Source of the DNA: Betaproteobacteria bacterium
Lineage (GTDB): Bacteria > Pseudomonadota > Gammaproteobacteria > Burkholderiales > CAIKXV01
Reading direction: 5' to 3'
DNA length: 64,000 bases
Assembly: GCA_947458265.1 (NCBI GenBank)
Contig: CANGYF010000004.1
Span: forward strand, 142,491-206,490
The notes under the pieces were generated by a model. That model made no database searches. It was not told the DNA's origin and saw only the letters and a program-made list of their open reading frames with translations. The translations under genes and the position numbers were made by a program. Shown piece after piece: positions 15,776 through 27,050 of the stretch; the stretch's first letter is position 1, and the number at the start of each line of letters is the position of its first letter.

Positions 15776-17077
15776 ATGGACAGCAAAGCCAAGGCAACCC
15801 TCTCGTTCAGCGACGGACGCCCGTCGGTCGACTTCCCGATCTACGGCGGCACCATTGGTCCCGACGTGATCGACGTGCGCTCGCTCTACGCCAAGACCGG
15901 TGCCTTCACCTATGACCCGGGCTTCATGTCGACCGCGTCGTGCAAGTCGAGCATCACCTACATCGACGGCGACGAGGGCATCCTGCGGCACCGCGGCTAT
16001 CCGATCGAGCAACTGGTCGAGAGCTGCGACCTGCTCGAGGTCGCCTACCTGATCATGAAGGGCGAACTGCCGAACGCGAAGGAGAAGAAGGAGTTCGACA
16101 GCACCGTCACCATGCACACCATGGTGCACGAGCAGATGGCTCGCTTCTACCAGGGCTTCCGCCGCGACGCGCACCCGATGGCGGTGCTCTGCGGCGTGGT
16201 CGGTGGCATGGCGGCCTTCTACCACGACTCGATCGACATCAACGACCCGAAGAGCCGGATGATCTCCGAGTTCCGGCTGATCGCGAAGATGCCGACCATC
16301 GTCGCGATGACCTACAAGTACAACGTCGGCCAGCCGTTCATGTACCCGCGCAACGACCTCGGCTATGTCGAGAACTTCATGCGCATGATGTTCGGCGTGC
16401 CCTGCGAGGACTACAAGCCGAACCCGGTGCTGGTGCGTGCCCTCGAGAAGATCCTGATCCTGCACGTCGACCACGAGCAGAACGCATCGACCTCGACCGT
16501 CCGCCTGGCTGGCTCGTCGGGCGCCAACCCGTTCGCCTGCATCGCAGCCGGCATCGCCAGCCTCTGGGGCCCGGCGCACGGCGGCGCGAACGAGGCCGTG
16601 CTGAAGATGCTCGACGAGATCGGCGACGTGTCGAACATCGACAAGTTCATCGCGCGCGCCAAGGATCCGACGGAAGCCTCGAAGCTGATGGGTTTCGGCC
16701 ACCGCGTGTACAAGAACTACGACCCGCGCGCGCGCCTGATCCAGGGTGCCTGCCACGACGTGCTGGCCGAGCTCGGCCTGGAAGACAACAAGATGTTCAA
16801 GCTGGCGATGGCCCTCGAGAAGGTCGCGCTGGAAGACGAATACTTCGTCAAGCGCAAGCTGTTCCCCAACGTCGATTTCTATTCCGGCATTGTGTACAAG
16901 GCGCTCGGCATCCCGGTGTCGATGTTCACCGCGCTGTTCGCGCTGTCGCGCACCATCGGCTGGATCGCACAGTGGAACGAGATGATCGAGGATCCGGACC
17001 AGAAGATCGGCCGTCCGCGCCAGCTGTTCCTGGGCGAGGCCGAGCGCACGCTCAAGCCGCTCGCCGAGCGCCGCTGA
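15776..17077 (+). CDS. gltA: citrate synthase (type II, hexameric type)
   Basis: 433 aa from ATG 15776 (RBS GGAGAA). It has 'HRGYPIEQL', '[14 protein letters not shown]' and '[14 protein letters not shown]'. Confidence 0.95.
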   Translation: MDSKAKATLSFSDGRPSVDFPIYGGTIGPDVIDVRSLYAKTGAFTYDPGFMSTASCKSSITYIDGDEGILRHRGYPIEQLVESCDLLEVAYLIMKGELPNAKEKKEFDSTVTMHTMVHEQMARFYQGFRRDAHPMAVLCGVVGGMAAFYHDSIDINDPKSRMISEFRLIAKMPTIVAMTYKYNVGQPFMYPRNDLGYVENFMRMMFGVPCEDYKPNPVLVRALEKILILHVDHEQNASTSTVRLAGSSGANPFACIAAGIASLWGPAHGGANEAVLKMLDEIGDVSNIDKFIARAKDPTEASKLMGFGHRVYKNYDPRARLIQGACHDVLAELGLEDNKMFKLAMALEKVALEDEYFVKRKLFPNVDFYSGIVYKALGIPVSMFTALFALSRTIGWIAQWNEMIEDPDQKIGRPRQLFLGEAERTLKPLAERR

Positions 17078-17120
17078 GCCAGCGGCCAGGCCTCGCAGAA
17101 AACAGACGGGAAGATTCCTG

Positions 17121-19958
17121 ATGATGCAAGAGATGTTCGGCAACTCCTACCTGTTCGGCTCGAATGCGCCGTTCATCGAGGAGCTCTACGATGCCTACCT
17201 GGCCGACCCCGCGTCGGTCGACGGCACCTGGCGGCAGTACTTCGACGCGCTGCAGCGGACGGGCAACGGCCCGGACGTGTCGCACGAGCAGGTGCGCGCG
17301 AAGTTCGCCGAGATGGCGAAACGCAGTCCCTACCAGGCGGCTGCGTCCACCGGGATCAGCGCCGAAGCGGCGCTGAAACAGGTGGCGGTGCTGCAGCTGA
17401 TCGGTGCCTACCGGTTCCTCGGCGTGCGTCATGCGGAGATCGACCCGCTGAAGCGCCAGGAAAAGCCGTACATCCAGGAACTCGACCCGTCGTTCTACGG
17501 TCTGTCCGATGCTGACATGGAGACGGAGTTCAACACCGGTTCGCTGGTGGGGCCGCAGCGCGCGACGCTGCGGCAGATCCTGACCCATGTCCGCGAGACC
17601 TATTGCGGCTCGATCGGTTTCGAGTACATGTACATCTCGGATCCGGCGCAGAAGAAGTGGATCCAGCAGCGCTTCGAGAGCATCCACTCGAAGCCGTCAT
17701 ACGACGCCACCTTCAAGCAGAACATCCTCGAGCGCCTGACCGCCGCCGAGACGCTCGAGAAGTACCTCCATACCAAGTACGTCGGCCAGACCCGCTTCTC
17801 GCTGGAGGGCGGCGAGACGCTGATCCCGATGCTCGACATCCTGCTGCAGCGCGCTGGCGCGAAGGGCGTCAAGGAGTCGGTAATCGGCATGGCCCATCGC
17901 GGCCGGCTGAACGTTCTGGTGAACACGCTGGGCAAGATGCCGAAGGACCTGTTCGCCGAGTTCGAAGGCAAGATCGACGAAGCCATCCTCTATGGCGACG
18001 TGATCTATCACGACGGCTTTTCGAGCGACATCACGACTCCGGGCGGCCCGATGCACCTGGCGCTCGCGTTCAATCCGTCGCACCTGGAGATCGTCAACCC
18101 GGTGGTCACCGGTTCGGTACGGGCGCGCCAGCACCGGCGTGGCGACAAGCTCGGCCGCGAGGTGATGCCGATTCTGATCCACGGCGACGCCTCGTATGCA
18201 GGGCAGGGCGTGGTGATGGAGACGCTGAACCTGTCGCAGACGCGCGGTTTCGGCACCGGCGGCACGATGCACCTCATCATCAACAACCAGATCGGCTTCA
18301 CCATCTCGGACCCGCGCGACTCGCGCTCGTCGCTGTATTGCAGCGACGTATCGAAGATGATCGAGGCGCCGATCTTCCACGTGAACGCCGACGACCCGGA
18401 GGCGGTCGCGCTGGTGATCGAAGCGGCACTCGACTTCCGTATGGAGTTCCGCAAGGACGTCGTGGTCGACATGGTCTGCTACCGCAGGCCCGGCCACAAC
18501 GAGCAGGACGAGCCGATGGTCACCCAGCCGCTGATGTACAAGGTGATCGGCAAGAAGGCTGGCACGCGCAAGTTGTACGCCGACAAGCTCGCCGCCGAGG
18601 GCGTGGTCACCGACAACATCGCGAGCGAGCTGATCAGCACCTATCGCACCGCGATGGATGGTGGTTACCACACGAACAAGACGGTGCTCTCCAACTTCAA
18701 GCCGCCCTATACGCCCAACTGGGAGCAGTTCAAGGGCACGAAGTGGAACGAGAACGACAACACCCAGATCCCGCTCGAGACCCTGAAGGAACTCGGCCGG
18801 CTGGTGTCGAAGGTGCCGGACGACTTCAAGCTGCACCCGCGGGTGCAGAAGATCATGGAAGACCGGCGGCTGATGGCCGAGGGGAGCATCCCGCTCGACT
18901 GGGGCATGGCCGAGACGCTCGCCTATGCGTCGCTGCTGAAGGACGGCTTCGCGATCCGCATGTCGGGTCAGGATGCCGGGCGCGGCACGTTCTTCCACCG
19001 CCATGCGGTACTCCATGACCAGAACCGCGAGCGCTGGGATTCCGGCACCTACATCCCGCTGCAGAACCTGTTCCCCGGACAGCCGGACTTCACCGTCATC
19101 GACTCGCTTCTGTCCGAGGAGGCGGTGCTCGGCTTCGAGTACGGCTACTCGTCCACCGAGCCGAACGAGCTGGTGATCTGGGAAGCCCAGTACGGCGACT
19201 TCGTCAACGGTGCCCAGGTCGTGATCGACCAGTTCATCGCTTCGGGCGAGGTGAAGTGGGGGCGCATGTCCGGCCTGGTGATGATGTTGCCGCACGGCTA
19301 TGAAGGCGCGGGTCCGGAGCACTCGTCGGGCCGCATCGAGCGCTTCCTGCAGCTGTGCGCCGACTACAACATGCAGGTGTGCTACCCGGCCACGCCGGTG
19401 CAGATGTTCTACCTGCTGCGCCGGCAGATGATCCGCCCGTATCGCAAGCCGCTGATCATCTTCACTCCGAAGAGCATCCTGCGCCACAAGGAGTCCGTGT
19501 CCCAGCTCGAGGAGTTCGCGCTCGACAAGTTCCGCCCGGTCAACGGCGAGTGGGATGCCGATGTCGATCCGGCGACGGCGAAGCGGGTCGTGTTCTGCAG
19601 CGGCAAGGTGTTCTACGACCTGCGCGCTGCGCGGCGCGAGGCCGGCATCAAGGACGTGGCGCTGGTGCGCATCTCGCAGCTCTATCCGTTCCCGCACGAC
19701 GAGTACAAGGAGCAGATCGATCTGTACCCGGCGGCGAAGGAGATCGTCTGGTGCCAGGAGGAGCCGCGCAACCAGGGCGCCTGGTACTGGGTGCAGCACT
19801 ACCTGCGCCGGCCGATGCGCAAGGGCCAGAAACTGTTCTATGCTGGCCGGGTATCATCCGCGACACCGGCGGTCGGCTACAAGAAATTGCACGCCATGCA
19901 ACAGAAAGAGCTCGTCACGGCAGCGATCACGCTCGGCGGCGGCGAGACGAAGGAATAG
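17121..19958 (+). CDS. sucA: 2-oxoglutarate dehydrogenase E1 component
   Basis: 945 aa. It is collinear with the SucA family throughout ('GFEYMYI', 'HRGRLNVL', 'YCSDVSKM', 'LLPHGYEGAGPEHSS'). Confidence 0.97.
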   Translation: MMQEMFGNSYLFGSNAPFIEELYDAYLADPASVDGTWRQYFDALQRTGNGPDVSHEQVRAKFAEMAKRSPYQAAASTGISAEAALKQVAVLQLIGAYRFLGVRHAEIDPLKRQEKPYIQELDPSFYGLSDADMETEFNTGSLVGPQRATLRQILTHVRETYCGSIGFEYMYISDPAQKKWIQQRFESIHSKPSYDATFKQNILERLTAAETLEKYLHTKYVGQTRFSLEGGETLIPMLDILLQRAGAKGVKESVIGMAHRGRLNVLVNTLGKMPKDLFAEFEGKIDEAILYGDVIYHDGFSSDITTPGGPMHLALAFNPSHLEIVNPVVTGSVRARQHRRGDKLGREVMPILIHGDASYAGQGVVMETLNLSQTRGFGTGGTMHLIINNQIGFTISDPRDSRSSLYCSDVSKMIEAPIFHVNADDPEAVALVIEAALDFRMEFRKDVVVDMVCYRRPGHNEQDEPMVTQPLMYKVIGKKAGTRKLYADKLAAEGVVTDNIASELISTYRTAMDGGYHTNKTVLSNFKPPYTPNWEQFKGTKWNENDNTQIPLETLKELGRLVSKVPDDFKLHPRVQKIMEDRRLMAEGSIPLDWGMAETLAYASLLKDGFAIRMSGQDAGRGTFFHRHAVLHDQNRERWDSGTYIPLQNLFPGQPDFTVIDSLLSEEAVLGFEYGYSSTEPNELVIWEAQYGDFVNGAQVVIDQFIASGEVKWGRMSGLVMMLPHGYEGAGPEHSSGRIERFLQLCADYNMQVCYPATPVQMFYLLRRQMIRPYRKPLIIFTPKSILRHKESVSQLEEFALDKFRPVNGEWDADVDPATAKRVVFCSGKVFYDLRAARREAGIKDVALVRISQLYPFPHDEYKEQIDLYPAAKEIVWCQEEPRNQGAWYWVQHYLRRPMRKGQKLFYAGRVSSATPAVGYKKLHAMQQKELVTAAITLGGGETKE

Positions 19959-20033
19959 GCCAAGAGAGGCTCCGGTCGCGCAGGCCCGTCCCCGGGCCGC
20001 GCGGACGAAACACGCAGACAAGGTGAATCGATC

Positions 20034-21272
20034 ATGCTGGTGGAAGTGAAGGTACCGATGCTGTCCGAGTCCGTCGCCGAGGCGACGCTGCTCTCGTGGC
20101 ACAAGAAGCAGGGCGAGTTCGTCAAGCGCGACGAGAACCTGATCGACATCGAGACGGACAAGGTGGTGCTCGAGTTGCCCGCGCCCGATTCCGGCGTGCT
20201 GGTGAGCATCGCCAAGGGCGATGGCGGAACGGTGGTGAGCCAGGAGGTGATCGCGACGATCGACACCGAGGCCACTGCCAGCGCCGCGGCGCCCGCAGCT
20301 GCCGCGGTAGCCCCTACTGCAGCCCCGGCCGCGGCCCCTGCACCGGCTGCGTCGCCGGCCGTGATGCCCGCAGCCCAGAAGATCGCCACCGAGCAGCATG
20401 TCGCCACCGACGCACTGGCCGGGTCCGGCCGTGGCGGTCGGGTGACCAAGGAAGACGTGCTGGGCGCGGTGCAGGCCCGTGCAGCGGCACCGGCCGCTGC
20501 GTCGGCGCCCGCCGCGCGCGCAGCGCTGCCGAAGGTCGAGGCACCGGTGAACGTGGGTGCGATCCTGGGCGACCGTCCGGAGCAGCGGGTACCGATGTCG
20601 CGCCTGCGCCAGCGCGTGGCAGAGCGCCTGCTTGCCTCGCAGGCGAACGCTGCCATCCTGACCACCTTCAATGAAGTGAACATGCAGCCGGTGATGGACC
20701 TGCGCGCGAAGTATCGCGACCGGTTCGAGAAGGAGCACGGCGTGAAGCTCGGCTTCATGTCCTTCTTCGTCAAGGCGGCCGTCTACGCGCTGAAGAAGTT
20801 CCCGGCGGTGAATGCCTCGATCGACGGCCCGGATATCGTCTACCACGGCTACTACGACATCGGCGTGGCCGTCTCCAGCCCGCGTGGACTGGTCGTGCCG
20901 ATCGTGCGCGATGCCGACCGCAAGACGATGGCCGACATCGAGAAGGAGATCGCCGAACTGGGCAAGCGTGCGCAGGACGGCAAGCTCACCCTCGAGGAGC
21001 TCACCGGCGGCACCTTCTCGATCTCCAACGGCGGTGTGTTCGGCTCGATGCTGTCGACGCCGATCATCAACCCGCCGCAGAGCGCCATCCTCGGCGTTCA
21101 CGCCACCAAGGATCGCCCGGTCGTCGAGAATGGCCAGATCGTCATTCGCCCGATGAACTACCTGGCGATGTCGTATGACCACCGGATCATCGACGGCCGC
21201 GAAGCGGTGCTGTCGCTGGTCGCCATGAAGGATGCCCTCGAGGATCCTTCCCGCCTGCTGCTGGACGTCTGA
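20034..21272 (+). CDS. sucB: dihydrolipoyllysine-residue succinyltransferase (E2 of OGDH)
   Basis: 412 aa. It has an N-terminal lipoyl domain (IETDKVVLE), an Ala/Pro linker, and a C-terminal catalytic '[13 protein letters not shown]' motif. Confidence 0.95.
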   Translation: MLVEVKVPMLSESVAEATLLSWHKKQGEFVKRDENLIDIETDKVVLELPAPDSGVLVSIAKGDGGTVVSQEVIATIDTEATASAAAPAAAAVAPTAAPAAAPAPAASPAVMPAAQKIATEQHVATDALAGSGRGGRVTKEDVLGAVQARAAAPAAASAPAARAALPKVEAPVNVGAILGDRPEQRVPMSRLRQRVAERLLASQANAAILTTFNEVNMQPVMDLRAKYRDRFEKEHGVKLGFMSFFVKAAVYALKKFPAVNASIDGPDIVYHGYYDIGVAVSSPRGLVVPIVRDADRKTMADIEKEIAELGKRAQDGKLTLEELTGGTFSISNGGVFGSMLSTPIINPPQSAILGVHATKDRPVVENGQIVIRPMNYLAMSYDHRIIDGREAVLSLVAMKDALEDPSRLLLDV

Positions 21273-21274
21273 CC

Positions 21275-22699
21275 ATGGCCAAGCAATTCGATGTAGTGGT
21301 GATCGGCGGTGGTCCCGCCGGTTATGTCGCGGCCATCCGCGCCGGCCAGCTGGGCCTGTCGGTCGCCTGCGCGGAATCCAACCCGTATGCCGACCCGAAG
21401 GGCGAGCCGCGGCTGGGTGGCACCTGCCTGAACGTGGGCTGCATTCCGTCCAAGGCGCTGCTGCAGTCGTCCGAGAACTACCACCTGCTGCACGAAGGCT
21501 TCGCGCAGCACGGGATCACCGTGTCGGATGCGAAGATCGACATCGCGACCATGGTCGGTCGCAAGAACAAGATCGTCGACCAGTTCACCGGCGGCATCAA
21601 GGGCCTGTTCCGCAAGTACAAGGTCACCTTCATCCCGGGCCATGGCAGGTTCGTGGCCGCCGGTGGTGCCGGCTGGAAGCTCGACATCGGCGGGGAGGCC
21701 GTGGAGGCGAAGCATGTGATCGTCGCCACCGGTTCGCGCTCGCGTCCGCTGCCCGGCGTTCCGGTGGATAACGAGACCATCGTCGACAACGTCGGCGCGC
21801 TCGACTTCAAGGCGGTGCCGAAGAAGCTCGGCATCATCGGCTCCGGCGTGATCGGGCTGGAACTCGGTTCGGTGTGGAAGCGGCTCGGCGCCGAGGTCAC
21901 CATCCTCGAAGCACTGCCGACCTTCCTCGGCGCCTGCGATGAGGCGGTGTCGAAGGAGGCCTGGAAGGTGTTCACGGCGAAGCAGGGCCTGGACATCAAG
22001 CTGGGCTGCAAGATCGGCGAAGTGAAGAAGGGCAAGGCGGGCGTATCGATCGCCTATGAGCAGGACGGCAAGGCGACGACGCTCGAGTGCGACAAGCTGA
22101 TCGTATCGATCGGCCGCGTCCCCAACACCGACGGCCTGGCTGCCGACGCGGTCGGTCTGAAGCTCGACGGTCGCGGCTTCATCGAGGTCGATGGCCATTG
22201 CCGTACCACGCTGCCCAATGTCTACGCCGTCGGCGACGTGGTGCGCGGGCCGATGCTTGCGCACAAGGCGATGGAAGAGGGCGTGATGGTCGCCGAGATC
22301 ATCGCCGGACAGGCCGGCCATGTGAACCTCGATACGGTTCCCTGGGTGATCTACACCTCGCCCGAGATCGCCTGGGTCGGCAAGACGGAGCAGCAGCTGA
22401 AGGCCGAAGGCGTCGCCTATCGTACCGGGCAGATTCCGTTCATGGCCAACGGTCGCGCGATGGGCATGGGCGACACCACCGGTTTCGTGAAGATGATCGC
22501 CGACGCGAAGACCGACCGTATCCTGGGCGTGCACATCATCGCTGCCCATGCTTCGGAACTGATCTCCGAGGCGGTGGTTGCGATGGAGTTCTCCGCGAGT
22601 TCCGAGGACCTTGCCCGGATCGTTCACGCGCATCCGACGCTGTCCGAGGTGATCCACGAGGCGGCACTCGCGGTCGACAAGCGATCGCTGCACTTCTGA
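21275..22699 (+). CDS. lpdA: dihydrolipoyl dehydrogenase (E3)
   Basis: 474 aa with the FAD fold [11 protein letters not shown], the redox disulfide '[13 protein letters not shown]', and the C-terminal 'HAHPTLSE'. Confidence 0.95.
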   Translation: MAKQFDVVVIGGGPAGYVAAIRAGQLGLSVACAESNPYADPKGEPRLGGTCLNVGCIPSKALLQSSENYHLLHEGFAQHGITVSDAKIDIATMVGRKNKIVDQFTGGIKGLFRKYKVTFIPGHGRFVAAGGAGWKLDIGGEAVEAKHVIVATGSRSRPLPGVPVDNETIVDNVGALDFKAVPKKLGIIGSGVIGLELGSVWKRLGAEVTILEALPTFLGACDEAVSKEAWKVFTAKQGLDIKLGCKIGEVKKGKAGVSIAYEQDGKATTLECDKLIVSIGRVPNTDGLAADAVGLKLDGRGFIEVDGHCRTTLPNVYAVGDVVRGPMLAHKAMEEGVMVAEIIAGQAGHVNLDTVPWVIYTSPEIAWVGKTEQQLKAEGVAYRTGQIPFMANGRAMGMGDTTGFVKMIADAKTDRILGVHIIAAHASELISEAVVAMEFSASSEDLARIVHAHPTLSEVIHEAALAVDKRSLHF

Positions 22700-22806
22700 A
22701 CGGGAATCCGACAGTCCCGGGAGCCGCGGCCGGCGCAGGCGCGGCAGGATCCGAAGCGGTGGTGAAGGTGCCGCCCCCTGCCGAGGGCGGCGCCCTCGCG
22801 GCCTGG

Positions 22807-23895
22807 ATGCGGCGCCATGCCTCTGCGCATGGCTACACGCTCGATCCTGCCCAGGAGGCGACCCTTCCGGCGTTCGGACGCGTGTTCGACGGTATGGCCG
22901 AACTCGAGCGCGCCGGGCGATCGCTGCTAGGCCGCCTGTCGCGTCGGCGTACCGTGCGCGGCCTTTACCTCTGGGGTGGCGTCGGTCGGGGCAAGAGCTT
23001 CCTGATGGACACGTTCTTTGCTGCCGTGCCGGCGACGAGGAAGAAGCGCATCCACTTCCATCGCTTCATGCAGGAGATCCACCACAGCCTTCGTGACCTC
23101 CAGGGCCGTGCGAACCCGATGCGCGAAGTGGCGCGCCTGATCGCGAAGGATGCACGGCTGCTGTGCCTGGACGAGTTCCACGTGACCGACATCACCGACG
23201 CGATGCTGATGCGCAACCTGCTCGAAGGGCTGGTGGAGGAGGGCATCGTTCTGGTGACCACCTCGAACGCGAAGCCGGACGACCTGTACCGCAACGGCCT
23301 GCAGCGCAGCGGCTTCCTGCCGGCGATCGAACTGCTGAAGCAGCACCTCGAGGTGATCGAGGTCGAATCCGAAGTCGACTACCGGCTGCGTGCGCTGCAT
23401 GCGGGTGGTGTCTATCACACGCCGATCGATTCGTCGGTCGAGGCGCGGCTAGAGGCTGAGTTCCGGGCGCTGTCCGGCGAGACCGGCGAGACCAGCGTCC
23501 CGATCGAGGTTGATGAGCGCGTGTTCGTCGCGCGCCGCGTCGCCAGCGGCACCGCCTGGTTCGACTTCCGCATGCTGTGCGACGGTCCGCGCGGCAAGTC
23601 GGATTACATCGAACTCGCACGGCGGTTCCATACCGTGATCGTGTCCGGTGTGCCCGAGCTGACGTCCGGCGAACGCGATGTCGCGCGCCGGTTCGTCTGG
23701 CTGATCGACGAGTTCTACGACCGCCGGGTGAAGCTGATCCTGTCGGCCGAAGTCACGGTCGAGCGGCTGTTCGTGCGCGTTCCGCTCGACGATGTCTACA
23801 AGGAGCAGAAGGGCAGTGGCGAGTTCGACCGCACGGTGAGCCGGCTGGTCGAGATGCAGTCGGCGCACTATCTCGCCGAGCCGCACCTTCCCTGA
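22807..23895 (+). CDS. zapE: AFG1/ZapE-family ATPase
   Basis: Walker A GGVGRGKS and Walker B LLCLDEFHV are present. The start is uncertain: ATG 22807, or in-frame GTG at 22759/22762. The track ORF from 22087 overlaps lpdA and is not credible upstream. Confidence 0.85.
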   Translation: MRRHASAHGYTLDPAQEATLPAFGRVFDGMAELERAGRSLLGRLSRRRTVRGLYLWGGVGRGKSFLMDTFFAAVPATRKKRIHFHRFMQEIHHSLRDLQGRANPMREVARLIAKDARLLCLDEFHVTDITDAMLMRNLLEGLVEEGIVLVTTSNAKPDDLYRNGLQRSGFLPAIELLKQHLEVIEVESEVDYRLRALHAGGVYHTPIDSSVEARLEAEFRALSGETGETSVPIEVDERVFVARRVASGTAWFDFRMLCDGPRGKSDYIELARRFHTVIVSGVPELTSGERDVARRFVWLIDEFYDRRVKLILSAEVTVERLFVRVPLDDVYKEQKGSGEFDRTVSRLVEMQSAHYLAEPHLP

Positions 23896-23916
23896 GACCC
23901 CGCGACGGAGTCGACG

Positions 23917-24846
23917 ATGGTCCTGCTGGTCAATGCGCCCACCGAGAACGGGAATGCGTGGCGCGAGATGTTCCTGGAACTGGATCCGTCGCTCGAGGTG
24001 CGCGTCTGGCCCGACGTCGGTGATCCCGCCGAGGTGGACGTCGCATTCGCTTGGCGCACCCAGCCGGGCGACCTCGCGCGCTATCCCAACCTGCGTGCGG
24101 TGTTCTCGCTCGGCGCCGGGGTAGATGGGATGCTCGCCGATCCGGCCTTCCCCCGACAGGTGCCGCTGGTGCGCATGGTCGATCCCAACCTCGGCGTGCT
24201 GATGACCGAGTACGTGCTGGCGGCCGTGCTTCGCCATCATTGCGAACTCGACCACTACCACCTGCTGCAGCAGGCCGGACGCTGGGAGAAGCGGGTGCGT
24301 CCGCCTGCAGGCGAGCGCGTCGTGGGCATCATGGGCCTGGGAGAACTCGGCACGCGTGCGGCGGTGGCGCTGCGGGGGCTGGGTTTCAACGTTCGGGGCT
24401 GGTCGCGGCGCATCCGTACGGTACCGGGCGTCGAGACCTGCGCTGGCGATGCCAGCCTGTCCGCCTTCCTGGCCGGCAGCCAGATCCTGGTCTGCCTGCT
24501 GCCGCTGACCGCGCAGACGCGGGGCATCCTCGGTGCGTCGACCTTCGCCCGGATGCCGCGCGGCAGCTGTCTGGTGAACGCGGCGCGCGGCGGGCATGTG
24601 ATCGATGCAGACCTGATCGCTGCACTCGACGCCGGGCAACTGTCTTCGGCCACGCTCGACGTGTTCGAGACCGAACCGTTGCCGGCCGGGCATCCGTTCT
24701 GGACGCACCCGCGCATCCTGATCACACCGCACATCGCCAGCGTGACCAGCCTGCCCACCGCCGCCACGCTGGTGATCGAGAACCTGAAGCAGTGGCGCGC
24801 CGGTGGCGCGCTGCGTAACGTGGTGGATCCGGACCGGGGCTATTGA
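23917..24846 (+). CDS. D-2-hydroxyacid dehydrogenase family protein (glyoxylate/hydroxypyruvate reductase A-like)
   Basis: 309 aa with the NAD fold 'VGIMGLGELGTRAA' and the catalytic region 'NAARGGHV...D..E..P......PHIAS'. Confidence 0.85.
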   Translation: MVLLVNAPTENGNAWREMFLELDPSLEVRVWPDVGDPAEVDVAFAWRTQPGDLARYPNLRAVFSLGAGVDGMLADPAFPRQVPLVRMVDPNLGVLMTEYVLAAVLRHHCELDHYHLLQQAGRWEKRVRPPAGERVVGIMGLGELGTRAAVALRGLGFNVRGWSRRIRTVPGVETCAGDASLSAFLAGSQILVCLLPLTAQTRGILGASTFARMPRGSCLVNAARGGHVIDADLIAALDAGQLSSATLDVFETEPLPAGHPFWTHPRILITPHIASVTSLPTAATLVIENLKQWRAGGALRNVVDPDRGY

Positions 24847-25025
24847 GCCGGGACGCGCCCGCAAAGGCATTCAGGTCTGTGTCGTACGAACGGGCGCCAG
24901 CCGAGATCGGTGTGGCCCGGTGGTAGCATTCGACAGGTTTTCGTCAGCAACGCGGGAAAACGCTGTCGACGTCGGATTCAGGGATGAAGTTTGCGGTCGG
25001 AACGACCGAGAGGATGGAGACACGC

Positions 25026-26063
25026 ATGGAGCACTCGAAACACGGCACCGCGCCTGGAGGCGCATCACAAGAGACCGGCGTGTGCAGCCGCGGCGCATGC
25101 AGCCGGTCGGCGTATGCAGCAGCGGCGTTCGCGCTGGCAGCCGCCTTGCCGATGACGGCTTTCTGCCAGGCATGGCCCGCGAAGCCGGTCCGGTGGGTGG
25201 TGCCGTTCTCGTCGGGTGGTGTCGCCGACATCCCGGCGCGCATCATCGGCCAGAAGCTGTCGGAGACACTAGGGCAGCAGGTGGTGATCGAGAACCGCCC
25301 GGGTGCCGGCGGCACGCTCGGGTCCGAGGCCGTCGCGCGGGCGCAGCCCGACGGTTATTCGTGGCTGGTCGTGTCCAACACGAACGTGATCAATGCAGCA
25401 CTGTACGGCAAGCTGTCCTACGACCCGGTGAAGGACTTCACGCCGGTCATCCACTTCGCTTCGACGCCCAATGTGCTGGTGGTGCATCCGTCCTTCCCGG
25501 CGAAGACCGTGAAGGAACTGATCGAAGTCGCGCGCAAGCGGCCGAAGCAGATCTTCTATGCCTCGTCCGGTAACGGCAGTTCGCAGCATCTGTTCGCGGC
25601 ATTGTTCGAGTCGATGGCGAAGACCGAGATGGAGCATGTGCCGTTCAAGGGCAGCGGTCCGGCGATCGCGGCGCTGCTAGGCGGCGAGGTGTCGATGTCA
25701 TTTACGGGCATGAGCGCAGTGCTGCCGTTCATCCGGTCCGGCAAGCTGCGTGCACTGGGGGTGACGACCGCGAAACGCAACGCCGCGCTGCCGGACGTTC
25801 CTGCGATCGGGGAGGCAGTTCCTGGTTACGACGCGACGCTATGGCTTGGCCTGCTTGCCCCGGCCGCTACCCCGCGCGAGATCGTCACACGGATGAACGC
25901 CGAGATCGTCAAGGCGCTGAAGGATCCGGTGGTGCGCAAGCCGCTGGTCGATGGCGGCAACGAGGTGATCGGCGGCACGCCGGACGAGTTCGGCAAGCTG
26001 TTCAATGCCGAGATGGTGAAGTGGGCCAGGATCGTCAAGGCAGTTGGCGCCAGGATCGACTGA
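25026..26063 (+). CDS. Bug-family (TctC-like) tripartite tricarboxylate transporter substrate-binding protein
   Basis: The signal region ends at CQA|WPAKP and is followed by 'VVPFSSGGVADI', the Bug signature. The start is ambiguous (ATG 24984, ATG 25026 with GGAGA RBS, or GTG 25080). Confidence 0.85.
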   Translation: MEHSKHGTAPGGASQETGVCSRGACSRSAYAAAAFALAAALPMTAFCQAWPAKPVRWVVPFSSGGVADIPARIIGQKLSETLGQQVVIENRPGAGGTLGSEAVARAQPDGYSWLVVSNTNVINAALYGKLSYDPVKDFTPVIHFASTPNVLVVHPSFPAKTVKELIEVARKRPKQIFYASSGNGSSQHLFAALFESMAKTEMEHVPFKGSGPAIAALLGGEVSMSFTGMSAVLPFIRSGKLRALGVTTAKRNAALPDVPAIGEAVPGYDATLWLGLLAPAATPREIVTRMNAEIVKALKDPVVRKPLVDGGNEVIGGTPDEFGKLFNAEMVKWARIVKAVGARID

Positions 26064-26079
26064 CCACGGAGCGCAGCAT

Positions 26080-26108
26080 CCGGTCCGGACCATGGCGGCC
26101 CGGACCGG
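26080..26108. terminator. GC-rich hairpin between convergent genes (terminator-like, no U tract)
   Basis: CCGGTCCGG (26080-26088) pairs perfectly with CCGGACCGG (26100-26108) around an 11-nt loop. It lies between the Bug stop (26063) and the hydrolase stop (26116). Confidence 0.35.
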
Positions 26109-26115
26109 GAGGGCA

Positions 26116-27033
26116 TCAGCCGCGGTACAGCGGCTCCGGCTGGGTGAAGAACGAATGCAGGATGTGGTAGCACATCAGGTAGTTCTTCTGCTGGAAGCTC
26201 GCATGCGAGATGCCAGCCATCATGGTGAATTGCTTGTCCGGGTTCGGCAGGTGCTTGTAGAACTCGATCAGGTCGTCCAGGGCGGCGATACCGTCGAATT
26301 CACCGCGCATCAACAGCGTGGCGGCCTGGATCTTCGCGGGATCGACGACCGGCAGCTTCGAGCACATGTCGACATAGGTGCCGGTGGGCATCTCGTGGTC
26401 CAGCGCCAGGATCGCATCTGCGAAGGCTTCGACGGTTGCCTCATCGGCGCAGCCGGGGTGGTCGCGGTTGAAGATCGAGTGCACGAAGGCGCGGTCGATC
26501 GGACGCTTCTTGATCGCGATGAAGTCGGGCAGCTTCTTCTTGCGCTCGACCAGGGTCGGTGCGCCTTCGCCGGTCCAGACGAAGGCGTCGAGTGCAAGGC
26601 GCGACACGCGTTCCGGGTTGCGCTCGGCGAACATGGCCGCGCGCAGTGCGCCGGAGGAGATCCCGTAGACCAGGAACTGCTTCGTGCCCCGGGTCTTCGT
26701 GATGTAGTCGCTGGCGGCCTTCAGGTCATCAGCGCCGTTGGAGATGTCGAAATAGATGTCGCGCGACTTGTCGGAACGGCCATAGCCCTCCATGTCGACG
26801 CACCAGTTGTCGAAGCCGCGCTTGGCGAACCAGTCCATCACCGACGAATCCGGCCGGCCCGGGACGGTCAGGTCGAAGGTCGGGGTCGAGGCCATCGAGG
26901 ATCCATGGACCCAGAGGATGGTGCCCCTGCTGCCGGTACCCGGCACGGCACGCTTCTCCCACAGGTACAGGTTGATGTCGCCCTTTTTCGTCCAGTGTTC
27001 CTGTCCGGCGACGTTCGCTTCAGTGGTGCTCAT
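26116..27033 (-). CDS. alpha/beta-fold hydrolase
   Basis: 305 aa from ATG 27033 (RBS AAGGAG). It has the nucleophile elbow 'YGISSG' and a late His ('GISHASF'). The upstream part of the 460-aa track ORF is a low-complexity Arg/Ala/Gly artefact. Confidence 0.85.
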   Translation of the reverse strand: MSTTEANVAGQEHWTKKGDINLYLWEKRAVPGTGSRGTILWVHGSSMASTPTFDLTVPGRPDSSVMDWFAKRGFDNWCVDMEGYGRSDKSRDIYFDISNGADDLKAASDYITKTRGTKQFLVYGISSGALRAAMFAERNPERVSRLALDAFVWTGEGAPTLVERKKKLPDFIAIKKRPIDRAFVHSIFNRDHPGCADEATVEAFADAILALDHEMPTGTYVDMCSKLPVVDPAKIQAATLLMRGEFDGIAALDDLIEFYKHLPNPDKQFTMMAGISHASFQQKNYLMCYHILHSFFTQPEPLYRG

Positions 27034-27050
27034 CGGTGTTGCACTCCTTT

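Noticed and set aside
17078-17120. Possible sucA leader RNA motif upstream of sucA, reported for Burkholderiales
   Set aside because: Only 43 nt separate the gltA stop from the sucA start. I cannot recall the consensus well enough to match it by eye, so a covariance-model scan would be needed. It is not claimed.
15629-19799. Long minus-strand ORFs (504 aa and 700 aa) opposite gltA and sucA
   Set aside because: They are antisense to genes with strong homology and show the same high-GC artefact signature.
22087-22806. N-terminal 240-codon extension of the zapE ORF
   Set aside because: It overlaps the 3' end of lpdA in another frame. ZapE-family similarity begins only around 22760-22810.
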